From Callorhinchus milii (lineage: Eukaryota): DNA of 38,752 nt. The notes beneath the pieces are model-generated. The model ran no database searches, was not told the origin of the DNA, and worked only from the letters and a program-made list of their open reading frames with translations. Every line of letters starts with the position of its first letter. Positions within the stretch are counted from its first letter, which is position 1. Of the stretch, positions 22,901-35,700 are shown in pieces. Position numbers and translations under genes: made by a program. The DNA lies in the NCBI RefSeq assembly GCF_018977255.1, contig NW_024705504.1, positions 1-38,752 of the forward strand. Direction: 5' to 3'.

Positions 22901-24750
22901 AGCACTTCCTGCCCCCCTTGAGCGGCTATGTTGGCGGATGTGTCAAGGTTGTAAGTTATGGGGCTGGCGGCCGACTAGACCAGGAATGGGTTCACTACTT
23001 TTTCGAGCTGTTGTATCGGTACCGGAGGATCGCGCCCCTGATGTATCTTTTGCCCCGGCAAGAAATCAACGGAGATTGAAAAGAGGTAGGACCCTATTGT
23101 TTCCGGACGTGATCTCTCGTCAGGCTTATGAGGCCCCACCCTGCGGCTATGCTCATAAGCCCAACGACAATAGTTCCCACGTCACCAAGGATTTTCCTCG
23201 CGTAACGGTTCACGGGTAGTAACTACAACCACCGCCAATCTGGATCTCGGCTGAGGTCTGGCTAGGGCATTCTGGGGGCCGGTTGTTCTGATATCCTACT
23301 CGGATCCCACCGTTGTTTCAATAAATGCGTCACACGGATCTCATAGACTATTCGGAGAGGGATCCCGATGATGCGCGATAATTCGTGGTAATGGACTAGG
23401 ATCTTGATGAGTGGGAATGCCTCAATAGTGTCTTGAACGCGGTTATGTAACTAATCAAATTGTGTGTCGGAAGGCGAGGTGCCAGGGTTATCCCCGTGGC
23501 GATAGTTGCCTAATCTGGTTTAAATACTAGCGGAGGGGTTACGCTCGACTGAGACACGAAGCAATGTGAAGCCTGCGGAGCGAGGAGTCCGTCCTTATTT
23601 GCCGTTAACCACCATGCAGACACTATGGTCTTCCTGCGGGCGTGAATTCAAATTAGAGAACAAAGAGGGGAAGCACTTCGACTAATATTCCAGATAATCC
23701 CCCGCAAAGCAAGTTACGCGGATTGCTATCTGATCGTACCGCCTCAGATAGTTCCTCTACTAAAACGTCGGCCCTGGGCGGGTCCCCTGGTGGAGGCGGG
23801 CAGGCGTGACATGTTAATCCAGCTTGTGGGCACACCATTGGAATACTGGAAGTACGGCAGTCGTGCGTAACCGTAGCTGTTCCATTAACTACCGTAAAGA
23901 GGATAATCAATCAAGCTTAACTTATATATATAACCACGGAACAGCTAGAGTCGCATGTATCATCATGCTAGAGACACACGTCCGCTTAGGGTGAATGGAC
24001 TTCACTCTAGCACCCCTGAATAGGACTAAAGGCTTTAGCTTATCACTTTGCGACGTTTAGTGTATCTTCGTTCACCTGGTGGATAACTGAATGCGAGCAA
24101 TCGACTCTGTGCTCTCAAAGTAAGCGATGAGCATCCCGATGGCTAACCCCATTAGCACAGGACACAGGCTAAGATCTGCCGCCTCATAAGTTGTGATGGC
24201 CTTAGCGGTACGGGGTCTGCTTCGTGGCTATGCCGTGCTCACTCTCATCTTCCTGTGCGTTTTTATCATACGGAAGCAGAAGGGTTCTTGATGTAATGGG
24301 TCGACGTCATATCGAGACAGAGCGCATTCCGTGCACGTTCCCCCAACATTTAAGAGTAACTTTCGATTTGGGGTTCTGAATTATATCAAAGTTGTTCCGA
24401 TTTGTATCAAAACGCTATAAATATCGTGACTCGCGTCAAGATATAAGTAGGCAAGACTCCGGAGATAGCCAAGGTATGGTAATAACTATGTACTGTCGCA
24501 GCACTCTGATCGTACAGTCCGTTCTCAAGTTTGTAACAGTGAGTCTCTGATGTAAGTTATTCGGACCGTGTCGAAGTGAACTGGAATTCGCTCCCCCACG
24601 CCAACTATGCGCAAACGAATATCCTTGTAAGCATATGCCGCGGAGGAGCGGTCAATGGATTATGACCCCGTGCGCAACACCGTTCGTGCCGCTGGTTCCT
24701 GTACGTGCGGGCTGGTTACGGATCGCGCGCTAGAGTAAGTTCGCCAGTTG
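13930..24750. other. ~10.8 kb of featureless, random-looking sequence (possible masking, shuffling or artefact); right boundary approximate
   Basis: Bases look about equally frequent, CpG and TpA are abundant, the longest ORF is 168 aa, and I see no motifs or repeats. Confidence 0.7.
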
Positions 24751-24757
24751 GCCCATC

Positions 24758-25213
24758 ATGCCCGTGGAATTGACCGGAGCGAACGTCGCACTGGTCACAA
24801 TACCAAGAGGAACATTCGTACGCATAGGGGACAAGGTATTATATAACCTAGACAAAAGCCTACACCAAGCGGAGGTAGAAATAGTAGACACATTCCGAGG
24901 CCACAAGTTTGAGATAAGCAGCACTCTGTCCAACTTGTTGAACAGTAAAGAATTCCATATGGTGAAATTATCCCTCAGCGAATCAGAGATTAACATAACA
25001 GATCTTACTTGGGCGACCGAAGAGGCTGGATATCAGCGAAATCAACAGATGGGGATGGGAATCACAGGGGCAACAGGGATGATCATACTAGTCCTGGCTA
25101 TTCTAACCTTAACATACCATGTGGCCAAAATGAATGCCGAACTTAAAAGACTAATCGCAGGCACAAGCCACCTACCATTCGAGCCCAGGAACAGGGATAG
25201 AGCCAAGGCCTGA
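24758..25213 (+). CDS. env: C-terminal fragment of a retroviral-type envelope/fusion glycoprotein (F-like; TM anchor plus short tail)
   Basis: A-rich 151-aa ORF with an N-glycosylation sequon (NIT), hydrophobic GITGATGMIILVLAILTLTYHV and a basic tail. It ends ~300 bp before a PPT and LTR. Confidence 0.65.
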   Translation: MPVELTGANVALVTIPRGTFVRIGDKVLYNLDKSLHQAEVEIVDTFRGHKFEISSTLSNLLNSKEFHMVKLSLSESEINITDLTWATEEAGYQRNQQMGMGITGATGMIILVLAILTLTYHVAKMNAELKRLIAGTSHLPFEPRNRDRAKA

Positions 25214-25500
25214 TGATGCCACCCAAGAATAACCGTAGAGACTATCTTTTTAACGATATCTCCTATAACACGTAGTCAATAGAATAATTTTTCCCTCCCT
25301 TATCGTTTTACCTTCCTTTAGAATTTTTTTCTTTTTCTTTTTTTCCTCTCTCTTGTCACATATAACCGTGTTAAGTTGTGACACGTACGCGCGCGTTGTA
25401 AGGAATAGCAGCAAAACTTGAGGACAATCGATGGTTCATGATGGAAGAAGGGTATACATATTTTTTTAAAAATAACCCGTGGCCATTTGACCACTGGTCA

Positions 25501-25517
25501 TTTTTAAAAGGGCGGAA
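25501..25517 (+). other. U-tract plus polypurine tract (TTTTT-AAAAGGGCGGAA) before the 3' LTR
   Basis: Same layout as retroviral PPTs: T-run, purine run, 2-nt AA spacer, then TG. Confidence 0.8.
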
Positions 25518-28500
25518 TGTTGTATCCTAACCCTTCTTCCAAAATTGAGATTTTTATATATTATCTTTTTACTTGGTTTTTAATGAATGAAACACACCAA
25601 AGCGCAGCAAACTGCAAAACACCAGGTGTTGTTAAGTAATGAACTGGAGGAGGGCTAGGATGGCAGAATTTGCAACCTTGCTTCAAGGAAAGATAAGGCC
25701 TGATGAACGGGCACATGTCACCCGTGCAGGCGGCAGAGACAGTGGGAGTGTCAGCCAGACATAGTTAAGGCAAAAAGCCCAACTCCTGCATGGTTTTAAA
25801 GTAACGTCAAAATTCGAAATTCAACAACAGAGTAGGCTAAATTATCGATCCTCGCGCTCGCTCAAATTGGAGACCAGGCTGCGAGCTACATCAATGAACC
25901 ATTGCCCATTTGCTAATCCAATACTGAATGTTAATATTACTGAAGTCAAAACGAATTCTATGACCTCAGCACATGGGCAAATAATAGGGCAGTGTCGACT
26001 CAAAGGCAATGGAAGAAAACAGAGGCGCCTTTGTCTAAATCACAACCACAGAAAGCCAGGAATCATCACTGATTGTGTGTTCAGGGATTCCGAGCTAGTT
26101 AGAACACGTGCACAAGGGGGGAGCTGATTTAAACAACCCTGCACGTCTGAACGTGAGGGGGCCTTGGACCTGAAATTAAGAATAACACTCCCAGAGCAGA
26201 AGGTTGGATGGCCACAGTGAGCTGATTTATAAGAGTGTTGTATATCTCTCAAGGAGGCAGACCCAGCTGAATAACAAGGCTGCGGGGGTCACCAGAAGTT
26301 CGCGTTCGCCTAGTTAAGACAAAAAGCTCAATTATTCTGTATTGCTATTAAAGTAACGTTAAAGTCGGAATTTAACAACAGGGTAGGCTAAAGTTATTGA
26401 TATTCACACCCACTCCAATTAAACCAGGCCACAAGTTACGCCTACTGAACCATCACCATCATTAAGTCAATATGAAATGTTATTTCCATACTTTAATACT
26501 TTCTATACAACTCGACCCGAAGCATATGACAATCAGAACCTTCCTAAGTCAAAATTGAATCGCACCCAGACAGGAGCGAATAGTCGATATAAGGTTGAAG
26601 AGGGAAGGAAATTAAGAGCACGGCGAACTGCAAACGTAAGCAAAAAGCCGGGAACGACACCAGCCCAGCAACAGCGAGTCGGGCTTCGACAGGCCATAAA
26701 GTAGAAATAATAACTCCCGGGGTCAGGGGACACAAGAAGAAGCAGGCAGACAAAAACCAGAACTGACTCCAAGGTTCAACCGCCCTCACCTACAAGGAGT
26801 GACGGAAATTAATGAGGCCTTGAGTTAACGGCGTCAGCTGGACGGCAACAACAACGGCGAGCAGAGATAGGGTGGGGCAAAGACTGCGGGGCTATGAAAT
26901 GCAACTTCGTGTCAGTAAAGCTCTGACAAACAAGTTAAGTTAAAGACATCACAATACATAATATCGTTAACATCAATGTTAACGCTATTCACCGTAAACT
27001 ATATTCCGCTTATATAACCATGCAGACACCAAGGAATACGAATTCCTAGGATCAAGAAGCTTACCCCTTGACCTAAGATATCGGAAATAAGTTAATAATA
27101 ATAAGCATATGCATGAGAAGACAAAGTAAAACTTATGAAAAGCCAGGATAACGGGATGAATCACCACCAGGTCGAATATAAATACATAATAAAAAAACGA
27201 TGTTAAACCCAGGGTCGGAGAGAAAGGGAGATCCCGGCCGTCTTTGTATCCCCGCAGCGCGGGATAGGAGTGTGTATACGCTCGGGGAAACACCTCCACT
27301 TGAGTCAAGCACCACGATGGGAAACGACAGACCTTAGGTTACATACAGAATCATAACTGTGAAATAGTAAGGGACAAATGTTAACTTAAAACTTTTTAAC
27401 CATTTCTTTGTGCGCCGGGTCGGAGAGAGTGTTGCCCCTCCCTCCAGGTGGTGCAACACGAACAAAGACCCCTATGAGACGATTTGTAACGTCTGTGTTT
27501 TGGGTTCATGAAGAAGGCCAAACAAGAGATAATATTGCACCCAGACAGAGAGACGACCTCGAGGCAATTTGTAACATCTGATTGTTTGCTCGTGGGTTTA
27601 TGGAGGGAGTGTGACAACGGAATATACCGTGGGTGATGCACACAAGGACATACGGACGTACGGACATACACATGGACACACCTGCCTACGGACAGATCCT
27701 GACACAGCAAAAATCGAAAGAAGCCCCGCCTTGTGGGCGGGATCCAGGGGGATTTTTCGGCATAAAGGAAAGGATCCTGAGCATTGGAAACTAGTGCGAC
27801 CAGCGGGTCCACTCAGGAGTGCGACCAGCGGGTCGGCTCAGGAGCGAGCTCGACCGGGAGGTCGGCTCAGGAGCGAGTGCGACCAGTGGGTCCACTCAGG
27901 AGTGCGACCAGCGGGTCGACTCAGGAGCGAGGGCGACCAGCGGGTCGACCCAGGAGCGAGCTCGACCGGGAGGGTCGGCTCAGGAGCGAGCTGCGACCAG
28001 CGGGTCGGCTCGACTCATCTTCAGCTCGTCTGGGACTCAGCCGAGTTCGATCGGCTTACCAAAGCCGGCTCTCGGGGCTCGACTCAAGCGGCTCCCATCT
28101 CCTCTGCAGGCGGGCAAGACCCGCTTGACAGCTCAACTCGGCCTGCGTGGTCAACCTCTGCCGAGTCGGAGGTCTCTGCTGCCGCCGGAGTGGTGAGCAT
28201 CGCGGTTTGGCGACGACCCAACGCTGCACGCTACGAGCGAGTTGTGGGCGCCACCTACCGACCGGGTTCCGAACTGCGACAGCGTATCAACGGGCCATTC
28301 GAACCAGTTCACCACGGTGACAGGGGAGCGACTGATACGTATGACGCGCACCGCCCCCTCACCACACGACCACCAGGCGTCTGTTTGACATAAAGAATCG
28401 ACTCCGAACACTGACTATTCAAGACAACTCTTACCACTCAAACACACTCGAACCCATAAGCCATCCGTGGCTGGGAAGGCATCACAACGAGACCGAGTGA

Positions 28501-29795
28501 TGGCCATCCGTCGTTTATAAGAGTATTTGTAATTTTTATCTTTAATATTTAGTGGGCTGTACTCTTAATCGCATAAATTCCCAACAGATCCATCAATACG
28601 AACTGATTCTTGGCACCTCCTTCCGCCGAGCCACGCTCACGTGGGGAGTGGTGGCCCACCGGATCCTTATCAGGTGATCTGGTCCCCAATTAGTAAACTT
28701 GGTATAAGATAACGATCTTCGGAAAAGGAGCACCGTCGCAGGCCCTTACTCCGAGCCGGTCTGTTGTCAGATAACCTGCCGATGTATCTGTTGAGATTGG
28801 TGCCTTTAAGAATAATAACTGTTTTTGATTGTGTTTTTTTTATCGCCGTATAATCTTTCAAGTATCTTTTAGTCATAATCGCCGCACGTACTCGCATCCT
28901 CTACAAAATATTCAACTGTCCCGTGACCCAAGGTGCTAACAACGTGATAAGGGTTGCGTATGATCAATAAGGAGTGCGGTACTGCGTGAACAATATTGAG
29001 TATAATCATTCATTAACGTTAAGGTTTTCTTAGCATAGTATTTGCATATTTTAACGACTCTCTCTCTCACTAACAACCCTCGCGTTATGCGGGATCCATG
29101 TGCCGTTGTCAAAGTGAAATCAGACAATCGTTGATGATACTGTATTGATGCCGTGTTGACGTTCCGGGATTGAGAGTTCGCATACTATATCATAGTTAAG
29201 GTTGAATTAGTAATAAATTGATCAATACAGAAGTGGTTGTGTGATTCTTTCCTGAAATCTGTGCATAAGATCTGCTTCTGCGTTGAGATCTGAACTTGGT
29301 GACCTTAATAAACACACTAATACATACTCAGTAAATGTTAAAGCGATAAGGGGTGAACCGGGGACCTAAAATATAACCACGAATACACACTCTGGGAATG
29401 TTAAAGCGAGAATGAGACGAACCTAGACAACGATGCCGAGTTAATCTAAGTTAATCTTGCATACTTACACCAAACCTGCATAACTGCATACGATTAATTG
29501 CCTTATTCCGATCGATAACCCACCCTCGTCACCGAGGCGGGGTCTGGTTATCATAACGACTTGCATTATCATAATTACACCCACTCGCATAATTAATACG
29601 ATTACCTCTCGAATTGGCATAATTAAAATGTGTAATTACATAAATTAACATATTTCCGGATAATTACACATTTGGCCAAATTTCATGTAATTATTATTAT
29701 TTTCACTGAATATTCATAACCCACATATACAACATAATAATTTCACCCACGCACGCATACAACATAACAAATTTCGATAACCAACATATACAACA
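25518..29795 (+). mobile_element. Putative 3' LTR, 4278 bp, of an env-bearing LTR retroelement/ERV
   Basis: Begins TGTTGTAT right after the PPT and ends ATACAACA (perfect 8-bp inverted termini) exactly where host satellite resumes. Candidate TATA at ~28516, AATAAA at 29212 and 29307. No second LTR is visible to confirm. Confidence 0.7.
27795..28011. repeat. Eight 25-31-bp tandem units, each with a GACC-N4/5-GGTC palindrome, inside the putative U3
   Basis: CGACC at 27797, 27822, 27851, 27880, 27905, 27934, 27963 and 27994, all but the last followed by CTCAGGAG-like linkers. Confidence 0.9.
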
Positions 29796-32700
29796 TCACT
29801 CACCCTCATACCCACTGACTCACACACCCACTCACCCACCAACTCACTCACCCACTGACCCACACACCCACTCACCCACCAACTCACTCACCCACTGACC
29901 CACACACCCACTCACCCACCAACTCACTCACCCTCATACCCACTGACCCACACACCCACTCGCCCACCACTCACTCACCCACTGACCCACACACCCACTC
30001 ACCCACCAACTCACTCACCCTCATACCCACTGACCCACACACCCACTCACCTACCAACTCACTCACCCACTGACCCACACACCCACCAACTCACTCACCC
30101 TCATACCCACTGACCCACACACCCACTCACCCACCAACTCACTCATCCACTGACCCACACACCCACTCACCCACCAACTCACTCACCCACTGACCCACAC
30201 ACCCACTCACCCACCAACTCACTCACCCTCATACCCACTGACCCACACACCCACTCGCCCACCAACTCACTCACCCACTGACCCACACACCCACTCACCC
30301 ACCAACTCACTCACCCTCATACCCACTGACCCACACACCCACTCACCTACCAACTCACTCACCCACTGACCCACACACCCACCAACTCACTCACCCTCAT
30401 ACCCACTGACCCACACACCCACTCACCCACCAACTCACTCATCCACTGACCCACACACCCACTCACCCACCAACTCACTCACCCACTGACCCACACACCC
30501 ACTCACCCACCACTCACTCACCCTCATACCACTGACCCAAACACCCACTCGCCCACCAACTCACTCACCCACTGACCCACACACCCACTCACCCACCAAC
30601 TCACTCACCCTCATATCCACTGACCCACACACCCACTCACCTACCAACTCACTCACCCACTGACCCACACACCCACCAACTCACTCACCCTCATACCCAC
30701 TGACCCATACACCCACTCACCTACCAACTCACTCACCCACTGACCCACACACCCACCAACTCACTCACCCTCATACCCACTGACCCACACACCACTCACC
30801 CACCCACTCACCCTCGTACCCACTGACCCACACACCCACTCGCCCACCAACTCACTCACCCTCATACCCACTGACCCACACACCCACTCACCCACCCACT
30901 CACTCACCCTCATACCCACTGACCCACACACCCACTCACGCACCAACTCACTCACCCACTGACCCACACACCCACCCACTCACTCACCCTCATACCCACT
31001 GACCCACACACCCACTCACCTACCAACTCATTCACCCACTGACCCACACACCCACCAACTCACTCACCCTCATACCCACTGACCCACACACCCACCCACT
31101 CACACTCGTACCCACTGACCCACACACCCACTCGCCCACCAACTCACTCACCCTCATACCCACTGACCCACACACCCACTCGCCCACCAACTCACTCACG
31201 CACTGACCCACACACCCACTCACCACCCACTCACCCTCGTACCACTGACCCACACACCCACTCGCCCACCAACTCACTCACCCACTGACCCACACACCCA
31301 CTCGCCCACCCAGTGGACACATACCGGCTCACTCAGATACAGGTGCCCGTGGACACAGCCACTCACCCACCCATCACCCACCAACTCACACAGCCACTCA
31401 CCCACCTACTCACTCACCCTCATACCCACTGACCCACACACCCACTTACCCACCAACTCACCCGCACACCACTCACCATCAATTCACCCACCCACTCACC
31501 CAGACACCCACTTACCCACCAACTCACCCGCACACCCACCCAACCACTCGCGCACACACACACTCACTCACTGACCAACCCACTCACTCACCAACCCACC
31601 CACCCACACACCCATGCACCACCAAACTCACACAGCCACTCAGCCACTAACTCACTCACCCACTGACCCACACACCCACTCGCCCACCAACTCACTCACC
31701 CTCATACCCCACTGACCCACACACCCACTCACCACCAACTCACTCACCCACTGACCCACACACCCACTCACCCACCAACTCACTCACCCACTGACCCACA
31801 CACCCACTCACCCACCAACTCACTCACCCTCATACCCACTAACCCACACACCCACTCGCGCCACCAACTCACTCACCACTGACCCACACACCCACTCACC
31901 CCCAACTCACTACCCCATCCCGACCCACACACCCACTCACCACCAACTCACTCACCACTGACCCACACACCCACCACTCACTCACCCTCAACCACTGACC
32001 CACACACCCACTCACCCACCAACTCCTCATCCACTGACCCCACCCACTCACCACCAACTCACTCCACCCACTGACCCACACACCCACTCACCCACCAACA
32101 CTCACCCTCATACCCACTGACCCACACACCCACTCGCCCACCACTCACCCCACTACCATCACACCCACTCCACCCCCACTCACTCACCTACTCCCCACTG
32201 CCCCACAACTACCCACTCACCCACCCACTCACTCACCCTCATACCACTGACCCACACACCCACTCACCACCAACTCACTCACCCACTGACCCACACCACC
32301 AACTCACCACTCATACCCACTGACCCACACACCCACTCACGCCCACTCATCCACCCACTGACCACACACCCACCAACTCACTCACCCCTCATACCCACTG
32401 ACCACACACCCCACTCACCCACCCACTCACCCTCTACCCACTGACCCACACACCACTCCCACACCACTCACTCAACCCACTGACCCCACACCCACTCACC
32501 CACCACTCACCCAGCCACTGACCCACACACCCACTCACCCACCACTCACCCCACCCACTGCCCACCACCCACTCCCTCCACCAACTCACTCACCCACGAC
32601 CCACACACCCCACTCCCCACGCAACTCACTCACCTCTACCCACTGACCCACACACCCACTCACCCACCCCACCCACTCACCCTCATACCCACTGACCCAC

Positions 32701-35700
32701 ACACCCACTCACCCACAACTCACTCACCCTCATACCCACTGACCCACACACCACTCGCCCACCAACTCACTCACCCTCATACCCACTGACCCACACACCC
32801 ACTCGCCCACCAACTCACTCACCCTCATACCCACTGACCCACACACCCACTCACCCACCCACTCACTCACCCTCATACCCACTGACCCACACACCCACTC
32901 ATGCACCAACTCACTCACCCACTGACCCACACACCCACCAACTCACTCACCCTCATACCCACTGACCCACACACCCACTCACCTACCAACTCATTCACCC
33001 ACTGACCCACACACCAACCAACTCACTCACCCTCATACCCACTGACCCACACACCCACTCACCCACCCACTCACCCTCGTACCCACTGACCCACACACCA
33101 CTCGCCCACCAACTCACTCACCCTCATACCCACTGACCCACACACCCACTCGCCCACCAACTCACTCACGCCACTGACCCACACACCCACTCACCCACCC
33201 ACTCACCCTCGTACCCACTGACCCACACACCCACTCGCCCACCAACTCACTCACCCACTGACCCACACACCCACTCGCCCACCAGTGGACACATACCGGC
33301 TCACTCAGACAGGTGCCCGTGGACACAGCCACTCACCCACCCATCCACCCACCAACTCACACAGCCACTCACCCACCTACTCACTCACCCTCATCCCACT
33401 GACCCACACACCCACTTACCCACCAACTCACCCGCACACCCACTAACCCACCAATTCACCCACCCACTCACCCAGACACCCACTTACCCACCAACTCACC
33501 CGCACACCCACCCAACCACTCGCGCACACACACACTCACTCACTGACCACCCACTCACTCACCACCCACCCACCCACACACCCATGCCACCCACCAACTT
33601 CACACAGCCACTCAGCCACTACACACTCCACCCACTGACCCACACCACCCACTCGCCCACCAACTCACTCACCCTCATACCCACTGACTCACACACCCAC
33701 TCACCCACCAACTCACTCACCACTGACCCACACACCCACTCACCCACCAACTCACTCACCCACTGACCCACACACCCACTCACCCACCAACTCACTCACC
33801 CTCATACCCACTGACCCACACACCCACTCGCCCACCAACTCACTCACCCACTGACCCACACACCCACTCACCCACCAACTCACTCACCCTCATACCCACT
33901 GACCCACACACCCACTCACCTACCAACTCACTCACCCACTGACCCACACACCCACTCACCACCAACTCACTCACCCACTGACCCACACACCCATCACCCA
34001 CCACTCACCAACCTCCTCACCACTGACCACACCCCCTCACCCGACCACCACTCACTCACCCACTGACCCACACACCCACTCACCTCCAACTCACTCACCC
34101 TCATACCCACTGACCCACACACCCACTCACCTACCAACTCACTCACCCACTGACCCACACCCCAACCAACTCACTCACCCTCATACCACTGACCCATACA
34201 CCCACTCACCTACCAACTCACTCACCCACTGACCCACACACCCACCAACTCACTCACCCTCATACCCACTGACCCACACACCCACTCACCCACCCACTCA
34301 CCCTCGTCCCCTGACCCACACACCCACTCGCCACCAACTCACTCACCTCATACCCACTGACCCACACACCCACTCACCCACCCACTCACTCACCCTCATA
34401 CCCACTGACCCACACACACTCACGCACCAACTCACTCACCCACTGACCCACACACCCACCAACTCACTCACCCTCGTACCCACTGACCCACACACCCACT
34501 CGCCCACCAACTCACTCACCCACTGACCCACACACCCACTCGCCCACCAGTGGACACATACCGGCTCACTCAGATACAGGTGCCCGTGGACACAGCCACT
34601 CACCCACCCATCCACCCACCAACTCACACAGCCACTCACCCACCTACTCACTCACCCTCATACCCACTGACCCACACACCCACTTACCACCAACTCACCC
34701 GCACACCCACTCACCCACCAATTCACCCACCAACTCACCCAGACACCCACTTACCCACCACCTCACCCGCACACCCACCCAACCACTCGCGCACCACACA
34801 CTCACTCACTGACCAACCCACTCACTCACCAAACTCACCCACCCACACACCCTGCACCCACCAACTCACACAGCCACTCAGCCACTAACTCACTCACCCA
34901 CTGACCCACACACCCACTCGCCCACCAACTCACTCACCCTCATACCCACTGACCCACACACACACTCACCACCAACTCACTCACCCACTGACCCACACAC
35001 CCACTCACCCACCAACTCACTCACCCACTGACCCACACACCACTCCCCACCAACTCACTCACCACTGACCCCACCACCCCACTCACCCACCAACTCACCC
35101 CCCATACCCACTGACCCACACCCCACTCACCTACCAACTCACTCACCCACTGACCCACCACATCCCACTCACCACCAACTCACTCACCACTGACCCACAC
35201 ACCCCACTCACCCCCAACTCACTCACGCCTCAACCCACTGACCCACACACCCACCCGCCCACCACTCACTCCCCACTGACCCACACACCCACTCACCCAC
35301 CAACTCACTCACCCTCATACCCACTGACCCACACACCCACTCACCTACCAACTCACTCACCCACTGACCCACACACCACCAACTCACTCACCCTCATACC
35401 CACTGACCCATACACCCACTCACCTACCAACTCACTCACCCACTGACCCACACACCCACCAACTCACTCACCCTCATACCCACTGACCCACACACCACTC
35501 ACCCACCCCACTCACCCTCGTACCCACTGACCCACACACCCACTCGCCACCAACTCACTCACCCTCATACCCACTGACCACACCCACTCACCCACCACTC
35601 ACTCACCCTCATACCCACTGACCCACACACCCACTCACGCACCAACTCACTCACCCACTGACCCACACACCCACCAACTCACTCACCCTCGTACCCACTG

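Noticed and set aside
13930..24750. Dozens of 60-168-aa ORFs as a possible novel gene cluster; also searched by eye for CRISPR-like arrays or planted repeats
   Set aside because: No motifs, codon bias or strand organisation, and lengths look like chance. I saw no repeated unit, though a weak one could escape visual inspection.
26965..26984. Short palindrome CGTTAACAT-CA-ATGTTAACG
   Set aside because: Isolated, with a loop too short for a stable hairpin; no supporting context.
26985..27308. Antisense hydrophobic ORF in the LTR as an accessory membrane protein
   Set aside because: No ATG start at the called position, hydrophobicity is expected from the T-rich complement of an A-rich strand, and no homology is recognised.
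27795..28011. CRISPR-like palindromic repeat array
   Set aside because: Units are contiguous with no unique spacers, the context is eukaryotic, and no cas genes are present.
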